In this document: in pieces, positions 18,740-31,700 of the stretch
Position numbering within the stretch: position 1 is the stretch's first letter
Layout of the letters: every line of letters begins with the position of its first letter
Virus record (IMG/VR): IMGVR_UViG_3300023184_003179
Coordinates: 24,587 to 88,586 of that record
Source: a virus
DNA: 64,000 bases
Reading direction: 5' to 3' (one strand)
The notes under the pieces: generated by a model
What the model saw: the letters and a program-made list of their open reading frames with translations, nothing else
Databases searched by the model: none
Told to the model about the DNA's origin: nothing
Translations under genes and position numbers: made by a program

Positions 18740-19914
18740 TACGACGTTACTCCGCCTGAAACATCCACAGAAAATCTAAATTCAATATAGTTACTAGTGT
18801 TAGGATTTTTAACAATTGTTGATGCATCTTGAGTTTGTATAATTGAATATCCAGTTAAACCATAAAGTGGATTTAATGTTGAAACATTTTCTAATCTTAA
18901 TGCATCTAGAGCAACATAATAATTTGGAGATGGAATTCCTATTGGTCCGCTTTCTTCTGCAAAAACACATGCATAAATTTTAACAACTGTAACAGCATTC
19001 CAGGTAAAGTTAGCAGAGGTATATAAGTCTTGAAGTTGTTTAGTTACTACAAAATATCTTTCTGTATCAAAATCATAAGCACCACCACTGCTGTCGTTTA
19101 CAACTTCAGCCTCAAATCTAGCATATTCTGCAGTCTCTGTTTCTGTTGATGCAAACTCAATAAGAACTCTAACTCTTTCTGGTATGTCATTAGATGTTGC
19201 ATCTTTATTAACTACAGAAAATGCTAGCCTTAATTCATCTGTTGGAGAGTTTCTTGTAAAATCAACACTAGCACCAGTTAGGTGAATATGGCTTGATCCT
19301 GGCTCTATTACAAAATGATCTTGGGCTGACCCACTTTCTTCGCTAATTGAAATATCAGCATCGTCGCCTTGAATCATTATTATATTATTTAAAAATCTTG
19401 GTCTTTCATATCTTTCAACTCTTGGAGATTTAAAAAATATTGGATTGTCTGAACTTGTTTGAAATACTGAATTTGTAACAGCAATAATATTATCGTATTC
19501 TGGTTGATCAAGTGCTGCAGAAAATGTATCAATTGCAACTGCTGCTGATGGCGTATGGTGTTGCCAATTTTCTGTTTGTGTAAAAGCAAATACTGTTTTG
19601 CTATCAAATGCACCAGCAGAAGGATTTGATCCAGCAGAGTATATTCCTACTTCAGAGATTTCATATCTTTCTTCTGTTGGTAGTTCTGCTGTTAATACAA
19701 TTTTATCTAGCCCACCTTCGTTTACAAATCCCCTTGAAGAAATTGGGACACGAAACATTTCAAAATCTAGGTTTGTTTTTGTTGAATAATCTCCAAGATT
19801 GTTTCCAGTTATAAGTGGTGTTGCACCACAACCTATGGCAATATAAGATGCATATGCTGGTGCCTGACCAAGCAGGTATTTAGCAATAATTGTCTTACCA
19901 GTATTAGTTATCAT
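18739..19914 (-). CDS. Minor tail/baseplate protein
   Basis: MITNTGK...YIAIGCG...ISEVGIY N-terminus typical of tail-tip/fibre attachment proteins. Confidence 0.65.
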   Translation of the reverse strand: MITNTGKTIIAKYLLGQAPAYASYIAIGCGATPLITGNNLGDYSTKTNLDFEMFRVPISSRGFVNEGGLDKIVLTAELPTEERYEISEVGIYSAGSNPSAGAFDSKTVFAFTQTENWQHHTPSAAVAIDTFSAALDQPEYDNIIAVTNSVFQTSSDNPIFFKSPRVERYERPRFLNNIIMIQGDDADISISEESGSAQDHFVIEPGSSHIHLTGASVDFTRNSPTDELRLAFSVVNKDATSNDIPERVRVLIEFASTETETAEYARFEAEVVNDSSGGAYDFDTERYFVVTKQLQDLYTSANFTWNAVTVVKIYACVFAEESGPIGIPSPNYYVALDALRLENVSTLNPLYGLTGYSIIQTQDASTIVKNPNTSNYIEFRFSVDVSGGVTS

Positions 19915-20750
19915 GACGTATAGTCTCCAAGATTCGCTTCATATATTGTACCATTTACTGTTATTTGAGTTTCTATTTGTTCATCATTGTTTAAATTAAC
20001 AAACTCAATAATAAGATCTCCAGTAGTTTCATCAAAATAAACATTCTCTCCATTTAGCCCATTGCCAACTTCAGGTATTTTATCCTCTAGTTTAATTGAA
20101 AATCCAGCAAAAAACCTATTTGCAGTTTGTTGAAGTCCTAAAATATTATTTGGATTATATTGTTGTTGAATTGCTGATAGATTTTTTATTGGTTGATAAG
20201 ATATTTTTTGTCCATTGACAGTATCTGATCTAACAATACTAATTAATTCTTGACCACCAATATTTTCAAAAATAAGATCTGACATTATTTCTATTGGAAC
20301 TGCTGCATCGTCAAACAAAATAGTGTCTATTGGGGCTGCTTTAACTAGTGGCGATGTTTCAAACATTCTTGCAGAAAACATTTCTGGCTCTGGTGCTGGA
20401 GGTGTTGCTTTTAAAAATGTAACTGGTTCATTGTTTGTTGGATGAATGCCATACATTCTATTATATTTAATGTCTCCAAAGTATTCTCTTTCTTTTTTAT
20501 CTAAAATTGCAAGCATTCCTTGTGTATTTATGCTTCCATTAGAAAGTGTTACGGATGCTCTTTCATTTGCAGTTAACTGTTGATACTCAGGAACATCATT
20601 AAAATATCCTTGAGAATTTACGCCACCTCTTGCTGCTACTTGCTCTGCTCCAACAATGCTTATTGCTTCTGCTGTTTTTGCAGCATTAATATCTTTATTA
20701 ACTGTATTATTTTTTTGGCGTTCATAATTTGCCCAATCTAAAGCACCCAT
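19911..20750 (-). CDS. Minor tail protein
   Basis: Coupled within the tail module. Confidence 0.6.
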   Translation of the reverse strand: MGALDWANYERQKNNTVNKDINAAKTAEAISIVGAEQVAARGGVNSQGYFNDVPEYQQLTANERASVTLSNGSINTQGMLAILDKKEREYFGDIKYNRMYGIHPTNNEPVTFLKATPPAPEPEMFSARMFETSPLVKAAPIDTILFDDAAVPIEIMSDLIFENIGGQELISIVRSDTVNGQKISYQPIKNLSAIQQQYNPNNILGLQQTANRFFAGFSIKLEDKIPEVGNGLNGENVYFDETTGDLIIEFVNLNNDEQIETQITVNGTIYEANLGDYTS

Positions 20751-20751
20751 A

Positions 20752-23700
20752 TTATACCTCCGCCAAATAAAGTGTCATGTCTGGACCATTTATTTTTCTT
20801 GTATAGTCAATATTATATACTACAAACTTAGAAGTATCTGAAGTTACTAAATCTACTCCATCAGAATTTTTATAGTCAATATTTATAATATCGCCTAATT
20901 GAATTATTGGATTTGCAAATATTTTTATTCCAATAGATTTTTTAGGTTCCATTAATTTATCTGTTAACCATCCCATTAAACTTTCTGCGTCATCTTGTGT
21001 TTGTATATATGGAGTTTCTAATGTAAACTCATTATTTCCATATATCATTCTACTTAATTTAATTTTATCAAATTTTTCTTTTAATACTAAACTAGATGTA
21101 ACTAATGAAGATCCAGTAAGTTCTGGGCTAGAAAGATTTCCCCTTTTCTTAAAATAATTGTCAACTGTTAATTCATGTGTTGTATCTTGTGTAAATGTTA
21201 TTCCTTGAATTCTTAAATAATTACCAGTAGTTTCATCAAGGTTTAATGCTGTATCTGTAGAATTAAATATTAAAAATTCTGCACCATAAGAATCTGCATA
21301 AAAACCAGATGTTGTGTATCCTTTTATTCTATTAAATGTTGGTGATAGTTGAGCATAAAGAGCAGGGTATGCACGGTCATACTTTATATCAAAATATGCA
21401 CACTCTCTCATGATTGATCCAAATTCTTCAAAATACATATTATATTTAGGTGGTTGCTGAGAACTAATGCCAGATAAATATGTTGATTTGATTATTCCAC
21501 TCATTCCATACTTTCTAAATGATTCATCTGCATCTATTACCTTATCTCCAAATGCAGAAGAAATTGTTTCTCCTACTGTAAATACTGTATTTTGAGAGTA
21601 GTTTTCTGAAAGAGCGTATACGTTTTCAAACATGCATCTAGATGATCCACGAACAAAAGTAGCCATATTATTATATGTTGGAAGCGGATCTGTATCATCA
21701 ACAACTTTTATTAATTTATTATTAATGTATAAATAAAACCTTCTTATTTTTCCAATGTCTTCATACTCTACTGCTAAATCATATACAGTTGGATTTTCTT
21801 CGCCAGTTGTTCTGTATTGACCAGTAAATCTTCCGTCATCAACAATAATCTTTGACAGCCCTCCCCAAAGTTTTACTGGAATTGCATTATTATTAGATGA
21901 ATCTTTTTTAATTTTATAAAATACAACATTGTTAATAGATATATCAGATTGACCTTGATTATCTAATTTTAAATAAGAGTTTATATTTTCTTCTGTTAAT
22001 GCAACAATTTCAAAATAATATCCATTATTTGTTTGTGGATTAAGAAGAACCGCCATTCCTCCAGATCCTCCACCAATGCTTACGTTTTGATCTGGCTGAA
22101 CTCCAGGAACCTGATAATAAGTTACGCTTCCAGTTGGTGTCTGGCTACGATTTTCATTGTTTTCTATTTTTCCAACAATTCTTATTCTTGTTCCAAAATG
22201 TTTATATGCGTTATCAAGTTCTTTATAAACATAAGAAACAAGATTTATTGGTGTTTCTGTTGTTGTAAAAGAAGGACCGTTTATAACCAAAGCAGAAGAT
22301 TGAATTGTTCCAGACTGTGTTGATAGATTGCTGTTTACTTCAGTTTCTGTTATGTGGCTTGACGACATAAAGTTTTTTATTGTTCCGCCTCGCGATGCTT
22401 GTCTAGCCTTTGTATCATTTATTCCAGCAGCGCCTATACTTGTTGCTGGCAAGGAAAGATTTTCTAGCAATGTTGTTGTAAATAAATATTGAGATTGCAT
22501 TTCACAACCTCTTACGTAGTCATTATTTGACCAATAAGAATTAATGCCAGCAGTGTGCTCTGCAATTTCTGTTCCAAATTGTGCACGACCATGTTCTGAT
22601 ACCGCTCCATTTTGCAAACGAGTTATTCCATCAATCGTTTCATAATAGGGAACTGTATATATCCTAATTAATCCTGTTGGATATATTTTTCCATTAAATG
22701 GAATAGATTTAAAATAATTTTGATAATCTTGATTGCTTGTAATCCAAACATTTCCAATGCCAGTAACATTAAATTCTGCTGCATCATATTTAATTATTTC
22801 ACCATTAGAATAAAAATATCCTTGGTATCGTGTAAGCCAATAAACGTTTTCACCTAAATCTATAATATTATTTATAACTGAATGATTTACAATTATTGGA
22901 GCAATTGCTGGCAGATCTGAGTTAAGTGGCATTGCACCCAAAACATACTTTCCTTGTTTTGATGCAACTTCATTTATTGTTTTTGTTGAATCAGTTCCAG
23001 AAACTTCCCATAATAATGCTGGCTTGTATATCCAAGTTTTTTCTTTATCTATCATACTTGCTTGACGTATAGATCCATAGGATCTTTGTATGTATCTAGA
23101 TGTATAATTAATCTTTCCATTATTATAAACCTTTTTATCTTCTGAGGCAATAGAAATAATATTAGGCAATGTACCAGATGTTTGATTTTCAATTATTCCG
23201 CTTTGTGATTGATTATTAGATCCAGATAAAGTCATATCTGCTTCTCTTGATGTTGGCAACATATAGTTTTTACTCATCATAACAAAATTATTATATTCAT
23301 CAAAAAACATTGCACTTTGTGTTGATACAGCCAACTGATTTAAAACTTCTGCAACAGTTTGATCTGGAGCAATAAAGAAAAATGGAATAATTGGTTCTGG
23401 TTCATTTTCTTCTCTATAAAAAATATAATTACTAAAACCAATATAGTCAAGCAATAAACTAATTGCATAACTAAGAGATGTTTCTGTTGTAAGAATTCTT
23501 GGTGCAGGCATTGATTCTAAGAAAAAATAAAAATCTCTTAATTGTAATTGTAGCGTTCCAGCAGTTACATCTGCTTGTGGAAAGCCATCTGAGTATAAAG
23601 TTTTAATAGGAACCCAATAGTCAAATCCTTCTACGTTTAATATCTTTTCATAAAAATTAAATTTAATATTTTTACGAATATAATCTTTTACAATACTTGT

Positions 23701-25065
23701 GGAATTATTATTGTTAAATGCTTGATCATCATCAAATAAAGATAGTGAGCCAGTTGATGCAAGTAGTTGTCCTACTGGTAATGCAGAATTTCCAAGATCT
23801 GAAAGAATTTTTTTAACATTATATTCAATAACTTTATCTGATATATCTACTACTAGTCTTGGAGACATTTCAATTAAATCAAACGTAGACTCAAACTTAT
23901 TCATTCTTTCTACTGCTACTCTTATTCCACGAATATTTTGAAACTCTCTATACACTACATTTCCATTTATACCTTCTTTAAAATATGCAGGATTTGTAAG
24001 TTCTTTTACAAAGGTTGTTTTATTATCTATTTCTTCATTTCCAAGTATCCAGCCATAGGCAGGGACAAAGTTTTCATACTCATTAGTTGTTCCGTTCCAA
24101 ATATAAAAAGTTCCAACATCTTCATTATTTTCAATTACTAAATAAGAATATCCAGTTATTGAAACTGTTGGAAGCAAAGTACTAGAAGACAGCGTTTCTG
24201 CAAAAACAAATGAATCTTTAAAGTTATCTGGGATGTTTGTTAATCCATATTGCAATTCAACATATCCATCATTTTTAACTATTTGACTTCCGTCTTCACG
24301 CAAATCATTTTCATTAAATACATATGCATCTGTCCAGTTATCTCCATTTAAATACTGAACTCTCCATCTTGTTGGAGTTGTTTTGTTGTTGTCTCCATAA
24401 AATGGATCTGCAAATGTTTTTGAAATATCTGTAAAAGTACCAAGATCAATATCCCCAACATTAGTTTGCATTTTAACAATAATTCTATTTGCTGGAACGT
24501 TTTCTTTATAAACTACAAATGGAACTGCATCATCTATGTAGTAATTACCATTGACTGTTATGTTTGCAATGCCACGCTCTGTACCAGATTCAGTTCTAAA
24601 AGATGTCCAGTATTTAAATTGATCATCTCTGGATGGCATGTAATATCTTGGTCGTCTTGCAAGATTGCTGCCAGAATTTGATAAATACTTTCCATTAAAA
24701 AATGTTGCTTTATTAATACCAGATCTTGGTCTAAATGGTTTAACGCAGTCTTCTAGTGAGTATAAAAGTTTAAGTTTTTCTTTTTTTGATGTAAATGCTT
24801 TGGGGGTTCCATTATTTTCAAAACCACCATCAACAATAACATCTGCATCTGTTGCTGCTGTATAAAAATTTCCAGTATCAGCATTATCAAATGTATTAAA
24901 AAGTGTTAAGAACTGAGAGTTTTGTTCTTGTGGTCTATATCTGTAGTTACCAAGTTTATAAATATTATCTGGCATATTCATATTCCACTCAGCAAGAACT
25001 AATGACTGAGTTTGAATTGTTGCTGATGTTTCAAAGTGATTTTTTAATTCTGTACTTTCAAACAT
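20752..25065 (-). CDS. Large tail-tip/baseplate hub protein
   Basis: 1437 aa, second gene after the tape measure; FFDEYNNF and ANPIIQLGDII motifs of Tal/hub proteins. Confidence 0.75.
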   Translation of the reverse strand: MFESTELKNHFETSATIQTQSLVLAEWNMNMPDNIYKLGNYRYRPQEQNSQFLTLFNTFDNADTGNFYTAATDADVIVDGGFENNGTPKAFTSKKEKLKLLYSLEDCVKPFRPRSGINKATFFNGKYLSNSGSNLARRPRYYMPSRDDQFKYWTSFRTESGTERGIANITVNGNYYIDDAVPFVVYKENVPANRIIVKMQTNVGDIDLGTFTDISKTFADPFYGDNNKTTPTRWRVQYLNGDNWTDAYVFNENDLREDGSQIVKNDGYVELQYGLTNIPDNFKDSFVFAETLSSSTLLPTVSITGYSYLVIENNEDVGTFYIWNGTTNEYENFVPAYGWILGNEEIDNKTTFVKELTNPAYFKEGINGNVVYREFQNIRGIRVAVERMNKFESTFDLIEMSPRLVVDISDKVIEYNVKKILSDLGNSALPVGQLLASTGSLSLFDDDQAFNNNNSTSIVKDYIRKNIKFNFYEKILNVEGFDYWVPIKTLYSDGFPQADVTAGTLQLQLRDFYFFLESMPAPRILTTETSLSYAISLLLDYIGFSNYIFYREENEPEPIIPFFFIAPDQTVAEVLNQLAVSTQSAMFFDEYNNFVMMSKNYMLPTSREADMTLSGSNNQSQSGIIENQTSGTLPNIISIASEDKKVYNNGKINYTSRYIQRSYGSIRQASMIDKEKTWIYKPALLWEVSGTDSTKTINEVASKQGKYVLGAMPLNSDLPAIAPIIVNHSVINNIIDLGENVYWLTRYQGYFYSNGEIIKYDAAEFNVTGIGNVWITSNQDYQNYFKSIPFNGKIYPTGLIRIYTVPYYETIDGITRLQNGAVSEHGRAQFGTEIAEHTAGINSYWSNNDYVRGCEMQSQYLFTTTLLENLSLPATSIGAAGINDTKARQASRGGTIKNFMSSSHITETEVNSNLSTQSGTIQSSALVINGPSFTTTETPINLVSYVYKELDNAYKHFGTRIRIVGKIENNENRSQTPTGSVTYYQVPGVQPDQNVSIGGGSGGMAVLLNPQTNNGYYFEIVALTEENINSYLKLDNQGQSDISINNVVFYKIKKDSSNNNAIPVKLWGGLSKIIVDDGRFTGQYRTTGEENPTVYDLAVEYEDIGKIRRFYLYINNKLIKVVDDTDPLPTYNNMATFVRGSSRCMFENVYALSENYSQNTVFTVGETISSAFGDKVIDADESFRKYGMSGIIKSTYLSGISSQQPPKYNMYFEEFGSIMRECAYFDIKYDRAYPALYAQLSPTFNRIKGYTTSGFYADSYGAEFLIFNSTDTALNLDETTGNYLRIQGITFTQDTTHELTVDNYFKKRGNLSSPELTGSSLVTSSLVLKEKFDKIKLSRMIYGNNEFTLETPYIQTQDDAESLMGWLTDKLMEPKKSIGIKIFANPIIQLGDIINIDYKNSDGVDLVTSDTSKFVVYNIDYTRKINGPDMTLYLAEV

Positions 25066-25701
25066 TTATACTTCTTCCAGCGTTACCGATATATTCCAAA
25101 GATCGTGATTATTTGCTCCACGCTTTACAACAGAATAGTTAAAGTCTGCAAAATAAACTTGAATTATTTGATTATATCTGTTTAAAGCATTATATTGATA
25201 ATTTTGTCCTTCAAGATTTTTATATTTATCATATGCTAAATACATCCAGAATGGTCCTTGATGATTTTCATACCAATCAAGAAGTTCTCCTCCACCTGCT
25301 CCACCATCTGCAGTATACTCATCTGTTGTTCTTATATTTGGGGATAATCCTGTTGTTTCGCTATACCCTGGCAAACCAGAATATCCTCTTGATGGAAGCA
25401 TATTCCAAGATACTGACATATTTAGTTTATCTGCAATATGATAAGAGCGCATGCGACCGTTAATTGTTCTTTGGCGCTCTTCAATTCTTTGATTATTAAA
25501 CTGCATCTCTCCTCTATTATGGTCAGATAATATAATGAATTGGTCTAATAGGTCTGTGTCAGTTTCTTCAGTTGTTGCTCCAACCTCTATGCCATTAGGT
25601 ACGTATAAGCCATTGGAGAGGGTTCCAGCGTTGTTTGCCCATAGAATGCTCTGTGGTCTAGAGTATCTTTTTCTACCCGTTAAATATGCGCTTGTGGCCA
25701 T
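25066..25701 (-). CDS. Distal tail (Dit-like) protein
   Basis: Immediately after the tape measure; RTINGRMRSY...WNISVTLEEV. Confidence 0.7.
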   Translation of the reverse strand: MATSAYLTGRKRYSRPQSILWANNAGTLSNGLYVPNGIEVGATTEETDTDLLDQFIILSDHNRGEMQFNNQRIEERQRTINGRMRSYHIADKLNMSVSWNMLPSRGYSGLPGYSETTGLSPNIRTTDEYTADGGAGGGELLDWYENHQGPFWMYLAYDKYKNLEGQNYQYNALNRYNQIIQVYFADFNYSVVKRGANNHDLWNISVTLEEV

Positions 25702-28700
25702 TATCTACGTTGCCCCCTAATTCTTTGTGCATCAACATTTTTAATTTGTGTCATAACTGCTCTAGCAATGTCATTAGCATTTGAACTATTTCCATTAATG
25801 TTAAAGCCTAAACTATAATTATACACTGCTGTAGAGTTATCACTTACTGAACTAGATACATTATTTATTGGGGCACCGTAACCTGAACTTCCTGCTCCAA
25901 TCATTGATGGATATTTAGATTCATTAAGTGATTTAAGTAATGGACCAAATCTCTTAGATGCTGCTTTATTTACAACAAATTCTCCAGGGGTTAACATTGT
26001 AGGAACTGAGTCAGATCCTATTCTTCCACCACTTGCAAAATATTCAGGAACCATTCCACCCATAGACATTGCTTTTATTTTTCCACCGTACATTCTGTCA
26101 TTAATTCTAAATCCAGTAAATGGACTATCTGTCGTTGTTGATGCTTTAGTTGTTGAAGCAGTAGGAGCAGTTGGTGCTGTACCAGTAACATAGTTTGTTG
26201 TAATTGTAATTACTTTGTTATTTATTTGTTTCCATGCTGCAAGTATTCCTTCGGCTGCAGTTTTTGCTTCTTTTATATTTTCCTTTGTAAATTCAAGTTG
26301 TGCATTTGCAGCCTCTATTTTAATTCTATTTGCTTCCCATTTATCAGCAGTTTCACCAAGGTATGTAACGCTCTCAACAATCTTATCTGTATATGCGTTA
26401 TAATCCTTAAGTGTTTGTGATGTACTATCAACTATTTTTTGATTTGGAATTAATGAATTTTGTTTAACTGTATAGATCTGCTGCTCAATTGCATAGTTCT
26501 TATCTTGAATAACTGTAATCTGATCTTGTAAAACTTTTTTCTGTTGTTCAAGTAAAAATGTTTGTTGTCCAATTTGATATGTACGTGCTTCAATTTGATC
26601 TTTAGTCATACCACCAGCAGTTAATCCAGTAAGTGCTGCTTGGCGTGATGCTTCCATAGATTTTTGCTGTTGATCTATTCTTGCTGCTGCTGATGCTGCA
26701 CGTGCTTCTTGTACTGCTACTGCTGCTGCAGAAATATCTCCAGACGTTAATGCATCTGCAATTGTAAGTCTTGATTTTTCCTGTGCTGCAAGTTCTTGAT
26801 TAAGTGATGATATTTTTTCAAGAGCATCAATTTGTGCATCATACTGTTTGTTAATACTGTCTTCTTGTTTACGAATAATGTCAAGATTATTATTTAATAT
26901 TGTTGACTCATCTTGTAACTTTTGAATTGGTCTATCATAGTTAAGTTCAATTTTGCGATTTAATAAATCTGCTTCATGATTATTTGCATCAATTAGTTCT
27001 TGCTTAGCGTCAATTTCTTTTTGTGCAGCATCTACTGCTTTTTGAGCATTGTCAATTTTTGACTGTAATAGATCTGCTTCTGACTTTCTTTGACGTCTAA
27101 TCAATGCTTCTTGTGAATCAAAGAAGTTTTTAATAATTGCATAGGCCTTATTGTATTTTTCTATATTTGTTATTTTTTCAGTGGAAGTTCCTGCATTTTT
27201 TGCTGCGGTTGCCATTTGCTCTAAAAACTTAGTTGCTAAATTGATTTGTGGATTAAGTTCATTTTTTACTCTTCCTGCAGTACGTTGTGTTGCTCCATCC
27301 CATTTTCCAGTTTCTGTAGAAGCAGCAGCAAGTGCATTAATCATACTTTCTGTTACTGTAATTCCAAGGGAAGCAGCCTTTAAAATAAGTATTTGATCTG
27401 CAACATTTTTAATTTTTACTGCTGCTTTTGCAAGTTCTGAAGGTAAAGATTTCATTAAATTTGACATTAAAAATAGTGCTTCAGGCTTTGGCATTGCTTT
27501 GATACTTGCAGATATTCCATCAAATGATTGACTAAATTGTTCTGCATTAATAGTACCAGATCGTAGTTGTGTGTCAAGGCTCATAAACGTATTTTGAAGT
27601 ACATTTGAAACTGTTGCTAAATTCTTTTTTAGGTCTTTGCTTAAAACTTCTACTTCTTTTACTACTCCTCCACCACGACCTGACCCTACATAAATTTTAG
27701 TTTTTGCGTATCCTTTATTAAACGCAGATTGATAATCTTTTAGCAATGTATCTACAGAACTTTGTAGTCCAGCCCGTCCTTCTTTTGTATTTAAATCAAT
27801 ACTCTTTAAATCAAATTTAACATCAGTTCTTCCTGCTTCTTGCTGTAGTGTATAAATAAAATTATTTATTGCTTCTTTTGTTGCTCCTTGTCCAGCAAGT
27901 CTTAGTGCTAATGATTTAAATACAATATCTGTAGTTTTTTTATCTGTAACAAAGTTATTGTTTTTATCTTTAGCACCCAATGTTTTAACTTGTGCTTTAA
28001 ATTCTTTATCTGTTTGTAGCAATTTTCTTGTTTCTTCAACTTGTTTACTTTGTTGTGGAGTGAGACCAGATACTGCTGGTTTAGCCAATTCTAAATTACT
28101 TTTAAGTGGAGTAAAGTTTAGTATTCCTCCAAGTTTTTCAATTTGTCCAGAAGATAAATTAGCAGCCTTGCCAAGACCTTCAATTGATTGACGTTCTTTT
28201 TCTCTAAGGGCGTTAGTTATTTTTATAATTCCATACATTCCTGCCAAACCACCAGCAACCAATTTAAGTGGACCTGGAAGCATCATGATTGCTTGTGCAG
28301 CAAATGCAATACCTGAAGCCTGTCCAGCAATGTTTCCTGCTGTTCCTGGAAGCATAGATGCAGCCATTCCTACACCCATCATTCCCATGCTAGCCTTCAT
28401 TGGATTAACATTTTTTAATCTTCCAAGTACGCTTGGCTTTTGTGTTGTTCCACCCATCATTCCCATTACCTTTGGACCTATAGCCATTTCTTGTTCAAGG
28501 TTTTTATATTTTAATTGTTTCTCTAATTGTCTACGGATAGACTTTGTAACAGGATCAATTCCACCTGTTGTTCCATACAAATTTGTTTTTGAAAGTGTTG
28601 CAATATCTGCAATTTTTGCTGCTTCAGTTTGTAGAGGTGTTTCTCCTTGTTTTAATCCAGTAAGAAGTCCACCAATAATATTTTTTCCAAGTCGCATAGT

Positions 28701-31700
28701 ACGTTTTGAATCGGAATGAGTTTCTGCTTTTTTTTCTAATGCAGAAAGCATTTCTTCCATTCCTGCAACACCTTGCAATTTAAGTTTTTTTACAAAACTA
28801 GATTGTCCTCTATATGTTGCTAATGCAAGATTTCTTTTAGCCAATGCTAATTCTTGTGGAGTTCTAGAACCAACACCTGGGCTTGCAGGTCCCATTGCAG
28901 CACGAGCACCTGCTGCTGCTAATGCGCCTTTTGCTGTTGTTGCAAGTCCTGCAGACGTTGTTTTCATAAGGGCAGTATCTGCAAGCATTTCTTTTAATAC
29001 TTTTGCTTGTATCTGTAATTCATCTTCAGTTAATGCAAGATTTTTTGTAATTTTTTCTTGAAGAACATTTTTTTCTTGATCTGTTGCATCTACTTTAGAT
29101 AATGCAGTTAGATATGCTTTTTGATTTCTTTCATATGTAAGAGATTGGCTTAATTCATTTTCAGCGTGGGTTTGAACAACAAATGCATTTTCTTGCCATG
29201 CTTCACCATATCTTTTTTCTGCATTTACAATTTCAATAACATGTGCTCTGTCAATTTGAAGTGCCTCATTTAGTTTGCTGCCAGTAATACCAAGGTTTTG
29301 ATATTCTTTATATACTGCTTCTGCTGCAGCATTTGCTCTTGCTACTTCTTCTGCACCTGCAGCGCCACGGCTTGCCATTTGTTCTGGAATACTTGCTGTA
29401 ATTCCAGCCTTTTTTGCACTATATTTTCTTGCTCCAACAACTGATTCTTTTAATTGTACATTTTCTAAAGAATGAGTTACAATATCTAATTCTTTTATAA
29501 ATGATCTAAAACTAACTTTAGAATCATCTGCAACTCTAACTAATGTTTCTGCAACTATACCTTCTGCATCGGTTAACTCTGTTCCTCCAGACAAAATTTT
29601 ATTAATTACTGATTGTATTTGTCCAAGCGCTCCAGCAGAATTAAAATTCATTTCAACTGCTTTTCCACCTACATTTAATGTACCTTTTGCATATCTACTT
29701 GCAACCTTGCCAGAAAATAATGATGCAAGTAATCCCATATTTTCTTTAGCAATACCTTTTGGAACAACCACTTCTCCAGGTGTAAGCATTGCTGGAACTG
29801 TGTCTCCATTTCCAGATCCTGGAACAACACCACCCTTTGCAAACTTTTTACGTCCCTTGATTGGCATCATCATTCCTGGATTTGCCATTGCAAAACTTGA
29901 TGAAGCCTTAATAGCGGATTCATAAGCAAGAACAAGTTGTTTAACTGCTGATGTTTCTGCTGTAAATGTTTGTGTTAAATTAGCATGTGTTTGATTAAGA
30001 GAGTGTGCTGCTGCTGCAGCATCTAACTGTTCCATAGTCATGTACTGTGTTTGTTCACCAAGAACTTGTGTTTGACCAGTTAATCTTAGATATCCACCAC
30101 GAAGAGTTAAAAATAATTTTATAATGTTTGCAAGACCATTAGCAAGCAAGCCAAATGTCATAAGAAGTATTGGTCCTGCAGCACCTATTCCTACTGTTAG
30201 CAGGGTAATTACTTTTTTTGTTCCGTCTGAAAGTTTGCCAAATTTTTCAAGAATATTTCCAACAAATTCAACTATTGGAGTTGCTGCTTGTAAAAATGCC
30301 TGGCCAACTGGAACAAGGGCTACCTTTAAATCTTCAACGCTCTTTTTAAATTTATTCATTGCAGAGTCAGCAGTCATTCCTAATTCTTTTTCAGATAATG
30401 CTGAAAGTTGCTCAACAGAAGCATTTGCTAAATCAAGAACACGAGATGCTTGATTTCCATCTTTTGCTACGTTAGCAAATAATGTTGATAGACGAGCAAA
30501 CTGAAATTTACCAAACATTTGTTCAATTGCTCTTGCTCTTGCCAGTGGATCTAATTTATTTAATGCTTCTGCAAAGCCAATAACTGTTGCTTTAAGATCA
30601 CCTTTATTGTTATCAACAATAGCCTTTGCATTAATTCCATATGATGCAAGCATATCTGATGCTTTTTTAGTTGGATTGATTAAAGATGCAAGACCAGATT
30701 TAAGTGCGTTAGCGCCTTCTGATGCATTTATTCCACCTTCTTTCATTGCTGTTAAGAAGAATGCAAGATCTTTTACGTTACCACCTAATTGTTGAATTAC
30801 TGGAGCAACTTTTGGAATTGCTGTTGTAATATCATCAAGAGATGTTACAGTTTGGTTTTCTACAGCGTTTAAAAAATCAATATTAGATGCAAGATCTTGT
30901 GATGAAATACTAAAAGCATTTTGTAATGCAATAGTTGTTTGAAGAGCCTGTTGCTGATCAATTTGACCAAGAACAGCAAGCCTTGTTGCTTCTTTAGTTT
31001 GTGCTTGTAAATCTAATCCTTGAAAACCTGCTGCTGCTGCATCTGCTGCAAGTCCTACCGTTTGAGATGCTGCAACACCATATTTTGTAAATGAGTTGGC
31101 AAGTTCTTTAACTCCAGCAAGTGCTTCGTTACTTTGTGCTGGAGTTGTAAATAAATCTCCATAAACTTTTCTAAATTTTAATGCTTGAGTTTCCATATCC
31201 ATAAAGGCTTTTGATGCAGTGCTTCCAAATGCAACTAATGGAAGAGTAAAACCAACCATCAACTGACGACCAGCCCACTGTGTATTTTTACCAAAATTTA
31301 AAAGATTGGTAGATCCTTGTTTCATTAATTGATTAAATAATGCTTGTTTTTGTGCTGTTAATTGAACCTGTGTTCCATAATCATCCATATTAAGTTGAGT
31401 TGGCATAATAGCCATTGCTTTCATTGTGCCGTTTGTATCACGGCCCATTTTAATATATTGTGTTTGTAGTCTTTTTACACGTTCTTCTGCTACTTTGCCA
31501 ATTGTGTCAAACTCTGTTTTAAACAGACGACCAAATGTTTTTGTTGATGCTCCCGCATAACGGAAGTATTCTCGCATTGAAAATTTGTTTGACTCTAATG
31601 CATGCGTAAATGATTCTGCAGATGTTTTAACTGTTCGCATCTCGGCTGAAAAAGCACCGATAGAATTTATACTACTTAAAAGATTTTTTTGTAAACTTTT

